The translations under genes and the position numbers were made by a program. From assembly GCA_041659765.1 (NCBI GenBank), contig JBAZXR010000001.1, positions 659,338 through 723,337 of the forward strand: a stretch of 64,000 nt of DNA. Reading direction: 5' to 3'. Shown in pieces: positions 18,748 to 27,412 of the stretch; within the stretch, counting starts at the first letter, position 1; each line of letters begins with the position of its first letter. A model generated the notes under the pieces. It did not search any database. It was not told the origin of the DNA and worked only from the letters and a program-made list of their open reading frames with translations. The stretch is from Patescibacteria group bacterium (lineage in GTDB: Bacteria; Patescibacteriota; Patescibacteriia; UBA9934).

Positions 18748-21624
18748 TTACGGCAAGGTCCGAAGAGTGGTCTGGATCTGATCGTGTAAATCATCAATAC
18801 GTTTACGTTCATCGATACCCTTTGGCTCTGTAGGAGCGGCCCCCTGCATGGCTCGAGTATGTTCGATGGCAACTGCCTTGCCCAAAATCTCTAATCGCTG
18901 TCTTAGATCAGTACGAGTTGTCCCTTCTGACTTACCTATTTGACCGGCTAATTTATCTACATCGGGCGCTTTATATTTTCCATCTGCTCCCTGAGCCAAC
19001 TTTGTATTCTCGACCACTACTCTAGTTACAGCGTTAGACTTGGTAGCGTCCTTAATTGCTGGCTCTAAGTATTTCACATTTCCGACATCAGCCTTAATGA
19101 GCTGAGCCGTGTAGGCACGATCTTCCTTTGTGAAAGTTGGTGTTTCTGAATCCAGTCTTACGCCTGGAAGCACCTCAGCCAAAGGCTTACCGGCTCTAAG
19201 CAGCATGCCATGCGCGACGGTTGCGTCCTCATCGCTGATATTCTTAGTGGCCTTCATGTTGCTGACAGAAGTGGCAAATGCATCACGAGCTTCCGTCCCC
19301 ATGTACTCCTCCTTCACCTGCTCGTCAGCACGAATAACGCCACGCGTAAGCTCAAATCTTTGAGCTGTATCAGCGCCTGTAAAATCAGTAGGCTTGATCT
19401 CGGCTAATGTCACCTTTCCGCTCGACAAAGCGCTCGTAATGACCGGTGCTTTCTGTTTAGAAACAACATTATTTACAAATTCGCGTCTGACTGGGTTGTC
19501 CGTCACTACAGAAGGATCGAATGAACCAGCCCCGAGGTTATCAACATTAACTTTCGCGCCGACAAGTGCCTGTGCTAGCTGGTTACCCTTGGCGCCCTGG
19601 AAGTCCTCAGTTCTAACATCTGCAACGTTTATGCGTTTATCATCAAATGCTTCCTTAAGCGCATCCGGTCCAGCCGTAGCTTTCAACTGAGTAAATACCT
19701 CGGCTGTTTTAGCGGTATTGGCCTGGGCTTTATTCTCTTCGGTCAAACGACCCTTATACTTACCGGCCGCAAAACGATCAAGATAAGACACGTCCTTGTC
19801 CTTAACGCTTCTATCCTTTTCGGAAGCAAGGACCTCAAGAACTCCCGGATCCTTCAAGGCAGTATCGCTCACCTTAGAAGCCTGGAAGTCATCGGATTTC
19901 ACAAACTTCTTAACTGCCTCCTTATCAAGAGTGCCATCCGACTTCTTCATCAAATGTAGATTCTCGCTCTGTGTCTTGTAGAACGTGTCCTTCTCCTTAT
20001 CGTCGAGTCTTCCCTTCGATTCGTCTTCACGTTGAGTATTCATGGCCATGGTCAACAAGCTATCGCGATCCTCGTCGGAAACACCAAGATGCGCTGCTTC
20101 CTCTCGAAGTTTCTTATTAGCACTGTATTCAGCAATAAGAGCCCGGTCAGCTTCAGGTGAACCGAGACCAGAATTGCCACCCTTCGTAAGCATCTGTAGA
20201 GCAGAAACTTGATTCGCTCCACTCATGCCACGGACACGGTCAGTCGCAGCTTTTCTGCGAGCGCCACGTTCATGTTCGCCGGCCAATTCTAGTTTTCCAC
20301 CAGCCCCAGTAATTGCTTGTCCGGCGTATGCCGCTCCAGGAAGACTAGAAAGCCCAACTCTTTGTCCGGCTCCAATAATCCCCTGTCCAATAGATTCGCG
20401 AATACTACTAGATCCCTTCGGGGCATAGCGGGTATCGATCTCACTTCCTACATATCCACCGGCTCTACGAGCGGCCGTAAATGGCATGGTCAAAGCTCCA
20501 CCCACAACTTTTCTGCCCATACCTTCATTAATAACTTGAGAGGCTAGACCGCCAACTTTAGAGGCTTGTTCACCGGCTACTTGCATGCCGACGGTGAGTA
20601 AGATTAGAGCCAGAAGAAGACTGGTAATGTGACTGGAATCAAGTGCGGCTACGGAGAAATAGGTATCACCGGCAGGAGCCGGGGTGAAGCCTTCGCTGGC
20701 GGAAATAGACCCGCTAGATGAGGCGGCCAGCGCCAACCAGAGGAAGAACGTAAGAATGGGTCCCATCATGAGTGCGCCGGTAAACTTGCCCCACCATTGG
20801 CCGGCAGATTGTTCGGCGCCGTGGAAGATGCCCTTGATACCTCCCAGGAAAAAAGCCATGGGAGAGAGAATAACCAAGATCCACAGGAGAACAATACGAT
20901 AGAGGAAAGCTAGCGCGAGCAAGAACAAAATAGCGGCGATTGAACCGTAGAGAGGGATCTGCAAAAAAGCCGCGATGAATTGCGAGAAAGGCGTGATGCC
21001 TTCGCCGGAAGTGATTGAAGCCTGAATAGCGGCCTCCTGCATTTTGCCAAAATCATTCAGCTGGAACATTTGGGTAAAGTTACCCGCCGCGATATCTAGC
21101 AAAGCATTCACAAAAGTAAACATGATGACCTGGCTGATATCAATCAAGAGTCCACAAATAGTCCGGCTGAAGTTCATGAGCACAACGGCAATGAACAGCT
21201 GTGGCAGCTGCTGTTCCCAGTGCGCCCGATGGTTACCAACAATAGTGAAGATAGCTATAAAAATCAGGGCCACGATGACAAACATGTTCATCACGTCACG
21301 CACCAGTGACCAGCCGAGGCCAATGATTGGGCTGGTAGAAAAAGAGTTGTAGTTTAAAATTGGAACAATGATGACTTCAATTAACAGTAGGATCAATTTT
21401 CCTAAGCCAAGAACAATATAGTTAAGAATCCAAGTAAGAGTTGTAATGATCATGTTGCCCAGCGCCGTGGCTCCCAAAACCGTATTTTCGCCGGTTGCAA
21501 AAACAGGGTACACCTGACCAAAAATAGCGCTCACCGATACAAAAACAACAATCACCAAAGAGATCGTCCCTTGGTGACGAGAAAAAAACTGCAATCCTTT
21601 CCGCAAAAGCGGTCGTAAGTCCAT
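18748..21624 (-). CDS. VirB6/TrbL-like polytopic membrane protein with ~600-aa hydrophilic C-terminal extension
   Basis: Start chosen at MDLRPLL. Many TM helices in the first ~350 aa, then a long Lys/Asp/Ala-rich tail. Confidence 0.6.
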   Translation of the reverse strand: MDLRPLLRKGLQFFSRHQGTISLVIVVFVSVSAIFGQVYPVFATGENTVLGATALGNMIITTLTWILNYIVLGLGKLILLLIEVIIVPILNYNSFSTSPIIGLGWSLVRDVMNMFVIVALIFIAIFTIVGNHRAHWEQQLPQLFIAVVLMNFSRTICGLLIDISQVIMFTFVNALLDIAAGNFTQMFQLNDFGKMQEAAIQASITSGEGITPFSQFIAAFLQIPLYGSIAAILFLLALAFLYRIVLLWILVILSPMAFFLGGIKGIFHGAEQSAGQWWGKFTGALMMGPILTFFLWLALAASSSGSISASEGFTPAPAGDTYFSVAALDSSHITSLLLALILLTVGMQVAGEQASKVGGLASQVINEGMGRKVVGGALTMPFTAARRAGGYVGSEIDTRYAPKGSSSIRESIGQGIIGAGQRVGLSSLPGAAYAGQAITGAGGKLELAGEHERGARRKAATDRVRGMSGANQVSALQMLTKGGNSGLGSPEADRALIAEYSANKKLREEAAHLGVSDEDRDSLLTMAMNTQREDESKGRLDDKEKDTFYKTQSENLHLMKKSDGTLDKEAVKKFVKSDDFQASKVSDTALKDPGVLEVLASEKDRSVKDKDVSYLDRFAAGKYKGRLTEENKAQANTAKTAEVFTQLKATAGPDALKEAFDDKRINVADVRTEDFQGAKGNQLAQALVGAKVNVDNLGAGSFDPSVVTDNPVRREFVNNVVSKQKAPVITSALSSGKVTLAEIKPTDFTGADTAQRFELTRGVIRADEQVKEEYMGTEARDAFATSVSNMKATKNISDEDATVAHGMLLRAGKPLAEVLPGVRLDSETPTFTKEDRAYTAQLIKADVGNVKYLEPAIKDATKSNAVTRVVVENTKLAQGADGKYKAPDVDKLAGQIGKSEGTTRTDLRQRLEILGKAVAIEHTRAMQGAAPTEPKGIDERKRIDDLHDQIQTTLRTLP

Positions 21625-21692
21625 AACATGCAGATTATAACACGAGAGAAAGAATGGAGGCGCCCGTATTTCCACGAGCGCCCCAAGAGTTT

Positions 21693-23441
21693 CTACGGAA
21701 TTTCGAGTTCAAGCTGACACCCCGCACTGTTCGGATCAGCAACAGCGCGAGTCGTGACCGACTGACCGTTGACCTTGGCGTCGATAATCCCCTGGATCGT
21801 TCCGGGAGGAAATGGTGCCAGACATGACCAGGACTCAACGCTCCCAATGCCGTAGGCCACGGAGAAGCGGAGCTTGTCGCCGGGCTTAGCATCAGAACGG
21901 CTATAGTCGAGCGAACTCGAGCTGTGCGCATCTGCCAGAACCGAATTCCAGTCAGTCACTTGCCCGGACGAGTAGGTCCAGATGCCGGCAACGGTGAGCC
22001 AGTCGGCGCGGACTTGGCCGGGAGTGGTCCAGCGGAGCTGGAACGCTTCCCCTTCCACCGCCGCAGCTGTGTCATCACCTGAGTCCGTTCCTTCGGACAC
22101 ACCCGATCCCGAATCTTCATCGCCTTGCTGTTCATGGTCTACCTCCTCGGAGTGAGCGCACTCCGTGATGTCGTTTTTGGTGATGCAGAACATGTCTGTC
22201 TGACAGTTTCCCTTGGCTTTCACGTTCGTGGCGAGTTCGTCGCCGGTCACCGGAATGATGTCCCGCTCGCCGAACCCGAGGAGGAGGAACGTATCCCAGT
22301 CCGCGATCGGCATGGCTACGCCCTCATCCATGATGTACACGTCGGGTTTCCCGACCTGGCTCAAGAGCGCCCCGTCGCGGTAAGTGGCTCGTCCCGCGTT
22401 CGGGTACAGGCTGATGCCCGCGTCACTTCCGTGATCGATGTCGTCGTAGGAGCTGGCTCGGATGCCATAGCTGGCGAGCAAACCCGCAGTGCCCGTTTCA
22501 TCCACGCGGAACCGCTGGCGCTCGGGATCGGTCGATTCGCCGATCAAAAGCCAGGCGTCATCGTGCGAATCACGGAGCGCGCTGACGTGGCTGGCGCTGA
22601 ACTCGGCCACGGTCTCGCCGTAGCACTCGAGCTCCTCCGGAGACACGAGCACGACATCCGCGAAGTTGAGTCCGCGCGACAAGAAGGCGCCCTCGTTCAT
22701 GAAGGCCAGGAGGCCGTTGCCAGAAGTGCGTTCATAGACGAGCGAGTCCCCCGCCTGCTTGAGCAGACTGCCCACCGGATGCCAGTGCGCAGTCGACAGT
22801 TCCGACTGGTACACGTGGCCGCCCGAGAGCGAGCAAACGGCGTCCGTGGTCATCACTTCCACCTCGTTTCCACTCGCGAGGTCAACTGCTCGGAGCTTGA
22901 GCCCCGAGAGACTGGCGCCCACGTCCGCCGGCTTCTGGGCATTGCCCGAGTGCCGGCCGAAGTGCACGTGATCGCCGGTGGAAGCCCCGGTGGTTCCTTC
23001 GAACCCCAGGATCTGCCCCGCCGTCACGTCCGTACCGTTGCCCACGAACACGTCCTCCAGATGGCCCATAAGCAGATACGTACCGTCATGCAGATCCAGA
23101 TTCACGTGCCGGCCGAAGCCGTGCGAACCGTCATCATGCACATAGGCCGTGCCGTTCATGGGCGCGTAGACCAGGTCATTCTGGTCATTCGGCGTATCGA
23201 GGTCGAGGTCGTACTTCGTGCTCGTGTACTTGTGCGAGTACGAACCGTTCGCGCCCTGGACACACCGCGCCTGATACCCGGCTGAGAATGGCAAGTCCGC
23301 CACAATGGCATCCGTGCCGCCGCCCTCGCCATCCGGCGGATTGACGACACGATCGAACTGGCATTCCTGGCCACAACAGCCGTGAAGGAAGAACGAAACC
23401 AAGAAGAACACGGGAACTTTCGGATCCATTGGATCCTCCAA
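21693..23441 (-). CDS. secreted M23 family metallopeptidase (peptidoglycan hydrolase) with large C-terminal domain
   Basis: Signal peptide after MDPKV. M23 motifs HKYTSTKYDLD ... HxH (GDHVHFGRH). GC is markedly higher than the neighbouring genes. Confidence 0.75.
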   Translation of the reverse strand: MEDPMDPKVPVFFLVSFFLHGCCGQECQFDRVVNPPDGEGGGTDAIVADLPFSAGYQARCVQGANGSYSHKYTSTKYDLDLDTPNDQNDLVYAPMNGTAYVHDDGSHGFGRHVNLDLHDGTYLLMGHLEDVFVGNGTDVTAGQILGFEGTTGASTGDHVHFGRHSGNAQKPADVGASLSGLKLRAVDLASGNEVEVMTTDAVCSLSGGHVYQSELSTAHWHPVGSLLKQAGDSLVYERTSGNGLLAFMNEGAFLSRGLNFADVVLVSPEELECYGETVAEFSASHVSALRDSHDDAWLLIGESTDPERQRFRVDETGTAGLLASYGIRASSYDDIDHGSDAGISLYPNAGRATYRDGALLSQVGKPDVYIMDEGVAMPIADWDTFLLLGFGERDIIPVTGDELATNVKAKGNCQTDMFCITKNDITECAHSEEVDHEQQGDEDSGSGVSEGTDSGDDTAAAVEGEAFQLRWTTPGQVRADWLTVAGIWTYSSGQVTDWNSVLADAHSSSSLDYSRSDAKPGDKLRFSVAYGIGSVESWSCLAPFPPGTIQGIIDAKVNGQSVTTRAVADPNSAGCQLELEIP

Positions 23442-23736
23442 ACGTGATTGGGGAAGATTATTCCGCCCCGAACGTCATGGGAGTAACGGTGACGTTCGGA
23501 GGGAGTAATCACTGACCCGGTTTGATACTCTTGGGAATTTGCATTGATCGAGAACGGAAATGGAGTCAAACTCCCCAGTTAAAACTCCATTTCCGGCAAT
23601 GTGCTACCAGTTCGCGGCTGTGTTTCCATGGCGCCCTTCCCTTTTGTTCAGTCAGGGCGCGAGAGATTGTCAGCTGCGAGGTTGCTAGGTGGCCGCCTAG
23701 CGTGGAACGTCCTAAAGACATTTCACCCCGAATCAA

Positions 23737-23758
23737 AAACGCGCTCAACGCGCGCCTG
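23737..23758 (-). terminator. terminator-like hairpin (GCGCGCG-TTGA-GCGCG followed by TTTTTGATT on minus strand)
   Basis: GC hairpin plus a T-run, read on the minus strand. Confidence 0.4.
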
Positions 23759-23860
23759 GCCAATACTTGTCGGTGACCGCCGACATCATCAAACAATCCT
23801 GAGTTCTGCTATGAAAATAGCCTGCCGGTGATGACCGACAGATACTGGGGATAAGAAAAG

Positions 23861-23889
23861 AAAAAGCCCCGAGCAGTGGCTCGAGGCGT
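23861..23889 (-). terminator. rho-independent terminator after 23904..24125 gene
   Basis: Hairpin gcctcgagc/cactgctcggggc followed by TTTTTCTTTTC on the minus strand. Confidence 0.5.
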
Positions 23890-23903
23890 TTACGAAATAC
23901 TTC

Positions 23904-24125
23904 TTACAACGGATCTTGATAGACCCAGCCCAGAAAAAAGCGCAGACCAATAGCAACAAACATCCAAACCACTAACCAAACAACCGCAAACGCAAACTGT
24001 CCTCTCGTCGCATCGCGCTCCGTCATCATGGGGACGCTTGCAGCAATCAATCCAATGATCATTGCCGGAATGTACCAACGCCATCCGAGCGGATCTGGAG
24101 GAATATTTGTGGGAACAATCATCAA
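23904..24125 (-). CDS. small membrane protein (2 TM), hypothetical
   Basis: 73 aa with two hydrophobic helices. Chosen over the overlapping alternative-frame ORF. Confidence 0.35.
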   Translation of the reverse strand: MMIVPTNIPPDPLGWRWYIPAMIIGLIAASVPMMTERDATRGQFAFAVVWLVVWMFVAIGLRFFLGWVYQDPL

Positions 24126-24235
24126 AACACCTCTTGTTGCAAAAACAACATACCGTAATGAAGAATTAAATAGTAGCGCATTATCAAGTCTTCTCTATTT
24201 ATAGCTAATATTAGCATATTTATTGACTATTTTGG

Positions 24236-24264
24236 TTGACAGAAACCCAGTTTTGTGCTATCAT
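24236..24264 (+). promoter_or_regulatory. sigma70-type promoter: TTGACA - 17 nt - TATCAT
   Basis: Consensus -35 and near-consensus -10 with 17-nt spacing, about 37 nt upstream of the AGGAG RBS and the ATG at 24301. Confidence 0.55.
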
Positions 24265-24300
24265 GGAATGTTTGAAAACGTTTACACATAGGAGTCAACA

Positions 24301-24582
24301 ATGTCTCTCACGAACCTTATCGTCGCCTACCCGTTCGGCCTCATCGGCTGCGGACTGTCGCTGCTCTACACCGTTTACGGCATTCCCGTTCAGATGTACC
24401 GCATCTGGAAAGTGAAGAGCGTAAAGGAAATCCCCGCCTCGCCTCAGTGGATTGGCCTCACGATCGCCTTTCACATCGGCATCCAACAATATCTGCAGGG
24501 CAACGATGGCCTTGCAACCGCCATGCTCGCAAACTTCATCGGAACCGGACTCGTCCTGTGCCAGATCCGCTACTACCGGTAG
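24301..24582 (+). CDS. small 3-TM protein, PQ-loop/SemiSWEET-like transporter candidate
   Basis: 93 aa. TM1 followed by a GIPVQMYRIWKVKSVKEI motif resembling the SemiSWEET PQ-loop (LPQxxRxxxTKS). Confidence 0.4.
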   Translation: MSLTNLIVAYPFGLIGCGLSLLYTVYGIPVQMYRIWKVKSVKEIPASPQWIGLTIAFHIGIQQYLQGNDGLATAMLANFIGTGLVLCQIRYYR

Positions 24583-24666
24583 CAACCGCCGCCGGCCACG
24601 CCGCACCTCTCATAGGTGCGGTTTTGTTTTGCGTTGACGAAACAGCAATGAAACGCTAGTCTCAGC

Positions 24667-25134
24667 ATGGAGGTTCCAATGTCCGTCTGTCTCTTTTGTT
24701 CATTCGTGGCAGGAGAAATACCTTGTCACCGCGTGTGGGAAGATGAAGGTCACCTAGCATTCCTGACCATCTTCCCGAACACTCCGGGTTTCACCGTAGT
24801 GATCCCGAAGGTGCATCGTTCGAGCTACGCGTTTGACCTGCCGACTGAAGAGCTATCAGCCCTGGTCGCCGCAGCAAAAACCGTCGCCAAGCTGATCGAT
24901 CGCGCATTCGATGACGTCGGACGGACCGCGCTTATCTTTGAGGGGTTCGGCGTTGACCATGTACATGCCAAACTCATCCCGCTCCATGGGACGCGCATGG
25001 AGGAGTGGCGGCCGATTCTCTCCGCCTTGCACCCGTTCACCGAAAAGTACGAGGGCTTCATCACCACCCACGACGGCCCACGCGCCAGTGATGAAGAACT
25101 CGCCCGAATTGCCGATCGTATCCGAAACGCATGA
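24667..25134 (+). CDS. HIT-like family protein (non-canonical triad HVHAK)
   Basis: HIT fold signature ...GFGVDHVHAKLIP. N-terminal CxxC...C...H zinc-binding-like residues. Confidence 0.55.
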   Translation: MEVPMSVCLFCSFVAGEIPCHRVWEDEGHLAFLTIFPNTPGFTVVIPKVHRSSYAFDLPTEELSALVAAAKTVAKLIDRAFDDVGRTALIFEGFGVDHVHAKLIPLHGTRMEEWRPILSALHPFTEKYEGFITTHDGPRASDEELARIADRIRNA

Positions 25135-25224
25135 CCCCCTGGGGGGCTGCGTTTTTCCTTATCTAAATCCATCGTACAAAGATTGACCAAAACGTAAATT
25201 TACACTAAGGAAAGAGAACAAACT

Positions 25225-25659
25225 ATGTCCCACATTCATAACATTGCCCGTGGACTGTGCGTAAAAAATGGAGCCGTTCTGCTCGCTTGGCACAAGGTGC
25301 AACAGTACTATTTCCTTCCGGGTGGCCACGTGGAGACCGGAGAATCCAGCGCAGCGGCTCTGGTCCGCGAATTCATGGAGGAACTGGGGATCGCCGTTAC
25401 GTGTGGAGACTTCCTAGTCCTCTTTGAGCACGCGTGGAAGAATGGCGAACTCATACAACATGAACTGACTAGTGTCTTCATGGTCGACGACGTCAATCCG
25501 AATGCCCCGGTGCAGTCACGGATCGAGCACCTGGAATTCAAGTGGGTTCCGTTGACCGAACTCTCGGCCGTGAAATTCCTCCCGTCAGAATTGAAAGAAA
25601 CGATCATGGATGCGGCCGCCGGAAGGTCCACTCCCCACTTCCTTTCTACCATGCGCTAG
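25225..25659 (+). CDS. NUDIX hydrolase
   Basis: Nudix box GGHVETGESSAAALVREFMEELGI. Confidence 0.75.
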   Translation: MSHIHNIARGLCVKNGAVLLAWHKVQQYYFLPGGHVETGESSAAALVREFMEELGIAVTCGDFLVLFEHAWKNGELIQHELTSVFMVDDVNPNAPVQSRIEHLEFKWVPLTELSAVKFLPSELKETIMDAAAGRSTPHFLSTMR

Positions 25660-25737
25660 AGCCCGAATATCGGGCTAAAGCGACGAAACCACCCTTCAGG
25701 CAGCCTGCCTGGTGGGTGGATTTTTTAACAGCCTTTC

Positions 25738-25766
25738 TTGACTTTTCACTCTTTTTCTGCTAATCT
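25738..25766 (+). promoter_or_regulatory. sigma70-type promoter TTGACT - 17 nt - TAATCT
   Basis: Located about 65 nt upstream of the ATG at 25833. Confidence 0.45.
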
Positions 25767-25832
25767 CAGCTCACCAGCCGGGCAAGTGCCTGGTCGAAGT
25801 TTTCACAAAGTTTCACCAAGTAGGAGACGCCA

Positions 25833-26600
25833 ATGCGCGCCAATATCACGGTTTCGTGCCTTGTTCTTTTCACCCTGTCCGCCTGCCACCCGTGCGAGGA
25901 CTGTCAGGAAACGGATCCCGACTGCCAGGCCTGCGAAACGGGCGACACCGGCGGCGATACGTCCGTTCATGGCTTTGCCCACATCACGGCCGTGGCCTAC
26001 CGACTGGGTGTGGCCACGACGGATTCCCTGATCCGCCTCGTGGGCGACATCAAGCAGTACAGCCTCACGAGCGGTGGTGCCGAGGACATCGACGCCCCCG
26101 GCGACTACACCGCGGAGGTAGGCGACGTGGTCGCTCCGTTCACCTTCCCGGTGGACCAGAGCGGCAACGACTTCTGGGCCGCCCCGATCGTGCCCTTCGC
26201 CGTCCAGCTGAACGTCCCCGACACCATCCGCCTCGACGAGTTCAAGCTCTTCGAACCGGGAACGTACCGGTGCGGGTATGACATGTGGCGATACGATGAG
26301 GCGGCGGCCGATCACAAGGGTGTCTTCATTCGCCACACCGACCTCGACGATCAGCACATCGAGGTTGGCCACGACGGCAAGGTATGGGTACAGGGAAGCA
26401 ATCCCATGATGGACGTCAACGGCGACGATGACGACTACATGCAGGTGGAAGGCGATCATTTCGTCCTCCATCTCGAAGGGTTCTCCTCAAGCTGGGGAAT
26501 CGTGATCACAGCCAGTTCCATCAACAAGACCTCCTTCACCGAAACGACGGAGGCGGCTGCGGACAACAACGTCGCCGAGATGTCCTGCGTCAAGCGCTGA
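25833..26600 (+). CDS. Cys-rich secreted lipoprotein (hypothetical)
   Basis: Signal peptide plus lipobox (LFTLSAC), followed by CHPCEDCQETDPDCQAC and an acidic body. Confidence 0.5.
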   Translation: MRANITVSCLVLFTLSACHPCEDCQETDPDCQACETGDTGGDTSVHGFAHITAVAYRLGVATTDSLIRLVGDIKQYSLTSGGAEDIDAPGDYTAEVGDVVAPFTFPVDQSGNDFWAAPIVPFAVQLNVPDTIRLDEFKLFEPGTYRCGYDMWRYDEAAADHKGVFIRHTDLDDQHIEVGHDGKVWVQGSNPMMDVNGDDDDYMQVEGDHFVLHLEGFSSSWGIVITASSINKTSFTETTEAAADNNVAEMSCVKR

Positions 26601-26770
26601 CCGCGTCCGTTCGGTGACAACACGAGTCCTTCCATTTTCGAGAGAAAAATGGCAGGGCTCGTTCTTTTTTATCCCCACCCATTTTCCATCTCCACAGAAA
26701 ACATGGTGCAATATATTTACCTCCCCAGGCGTAAATGTCCGACGCATATCGGTCAAACACATGGGGTTTT

Positions 26771-27373
26771 ATGTTTAATCGGAGATCAATTCGATTGCGT
26801 CACCACGACTATACGGAATCAAATACATATTTCGTCACGATCTGCACTGATAAAATGCGCGAATTATTCGGCACCGTGATCCACTCTGAGATGGTATTAA
26901 ATGATTTTGGAAAAATCGCCCACGATGAATGGAGAAATACACCAATCATTCGCCCATACGTGATTCTGGATGAATTTATCATCATGCCAAATCATATTCA
27001 TGGAATAATCGATATCGGGCCGCGGAAAAAGGGCATGGCAGCGCCATGCCCCTACACCGGACCCGAATCGATGGTGGCCGCGCCACGCACATTCGGCCAT
27101 CCGCAATCGCATTCATTGGGATCCATCATCGGATCCATCAAATCCGCCATCTCCAAAAGGATCCGAAATTCGGCGTACGGGCATGGCGGTGCCATGCCCG
27201 TTGCCTTGCCCTCTAGCCCAACCTTGCCTCCAAAAATCTGGCACACAAATTATTACGAAAATATCGTACGGAAATATGGGGCAATTGATCGTATTCGCAA
27301 ATACATCAGAGAAAACCCCGCCAAGTGGGAACGTGATAGAAATAATCCCAATCCTCACCCGGTGATCAGCTAA
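26771..27373 (+). mobile_element. tnpA: IS200/IS605-family HuH transposase, REP-associated tyrosine transposase (RAYT)-like
   Basis: N-terminus RLRHHDYTESNTYFVTICT; HuH motif MPNHIHGII; C-terminus IWHTNYYENIV...YIRENPAKW with the catalytic Tyr. Confidence 0.7.
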
Positions 27374-27412
27374 ATACAAAATCCCCCTCACCTTTCAGTG
27401 GGGGGATTTTAT
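27374..27412. terminator. bidirectional terminator hairpin (AAAATCCCCC...GGGGGGATTTT)
   Basis: 10-11-bp GC-clamped stem flanked by A and T runs, between convergent genes. Confidence 0.7.

Noticed and set aside
22125-23285. 386-aa plus-strand ORF antisense to the M23 peptidase gene
   Set aside because: The region is GC-rich, which produces long stop-free antisense frames. The Arg/Val-rich composition has no motifs, and the minus-strand frame has clear M23 motifs and a signal peptide.
25803-26471. 222-aa minus-strand ORF opposite the Cys-rich lipoprotein gene
   Set aside because: The plus-strand ORF has a promoter, a signal peptide and a lipobox. The minus-frame protein is low-complexity His/Val-rich without features.
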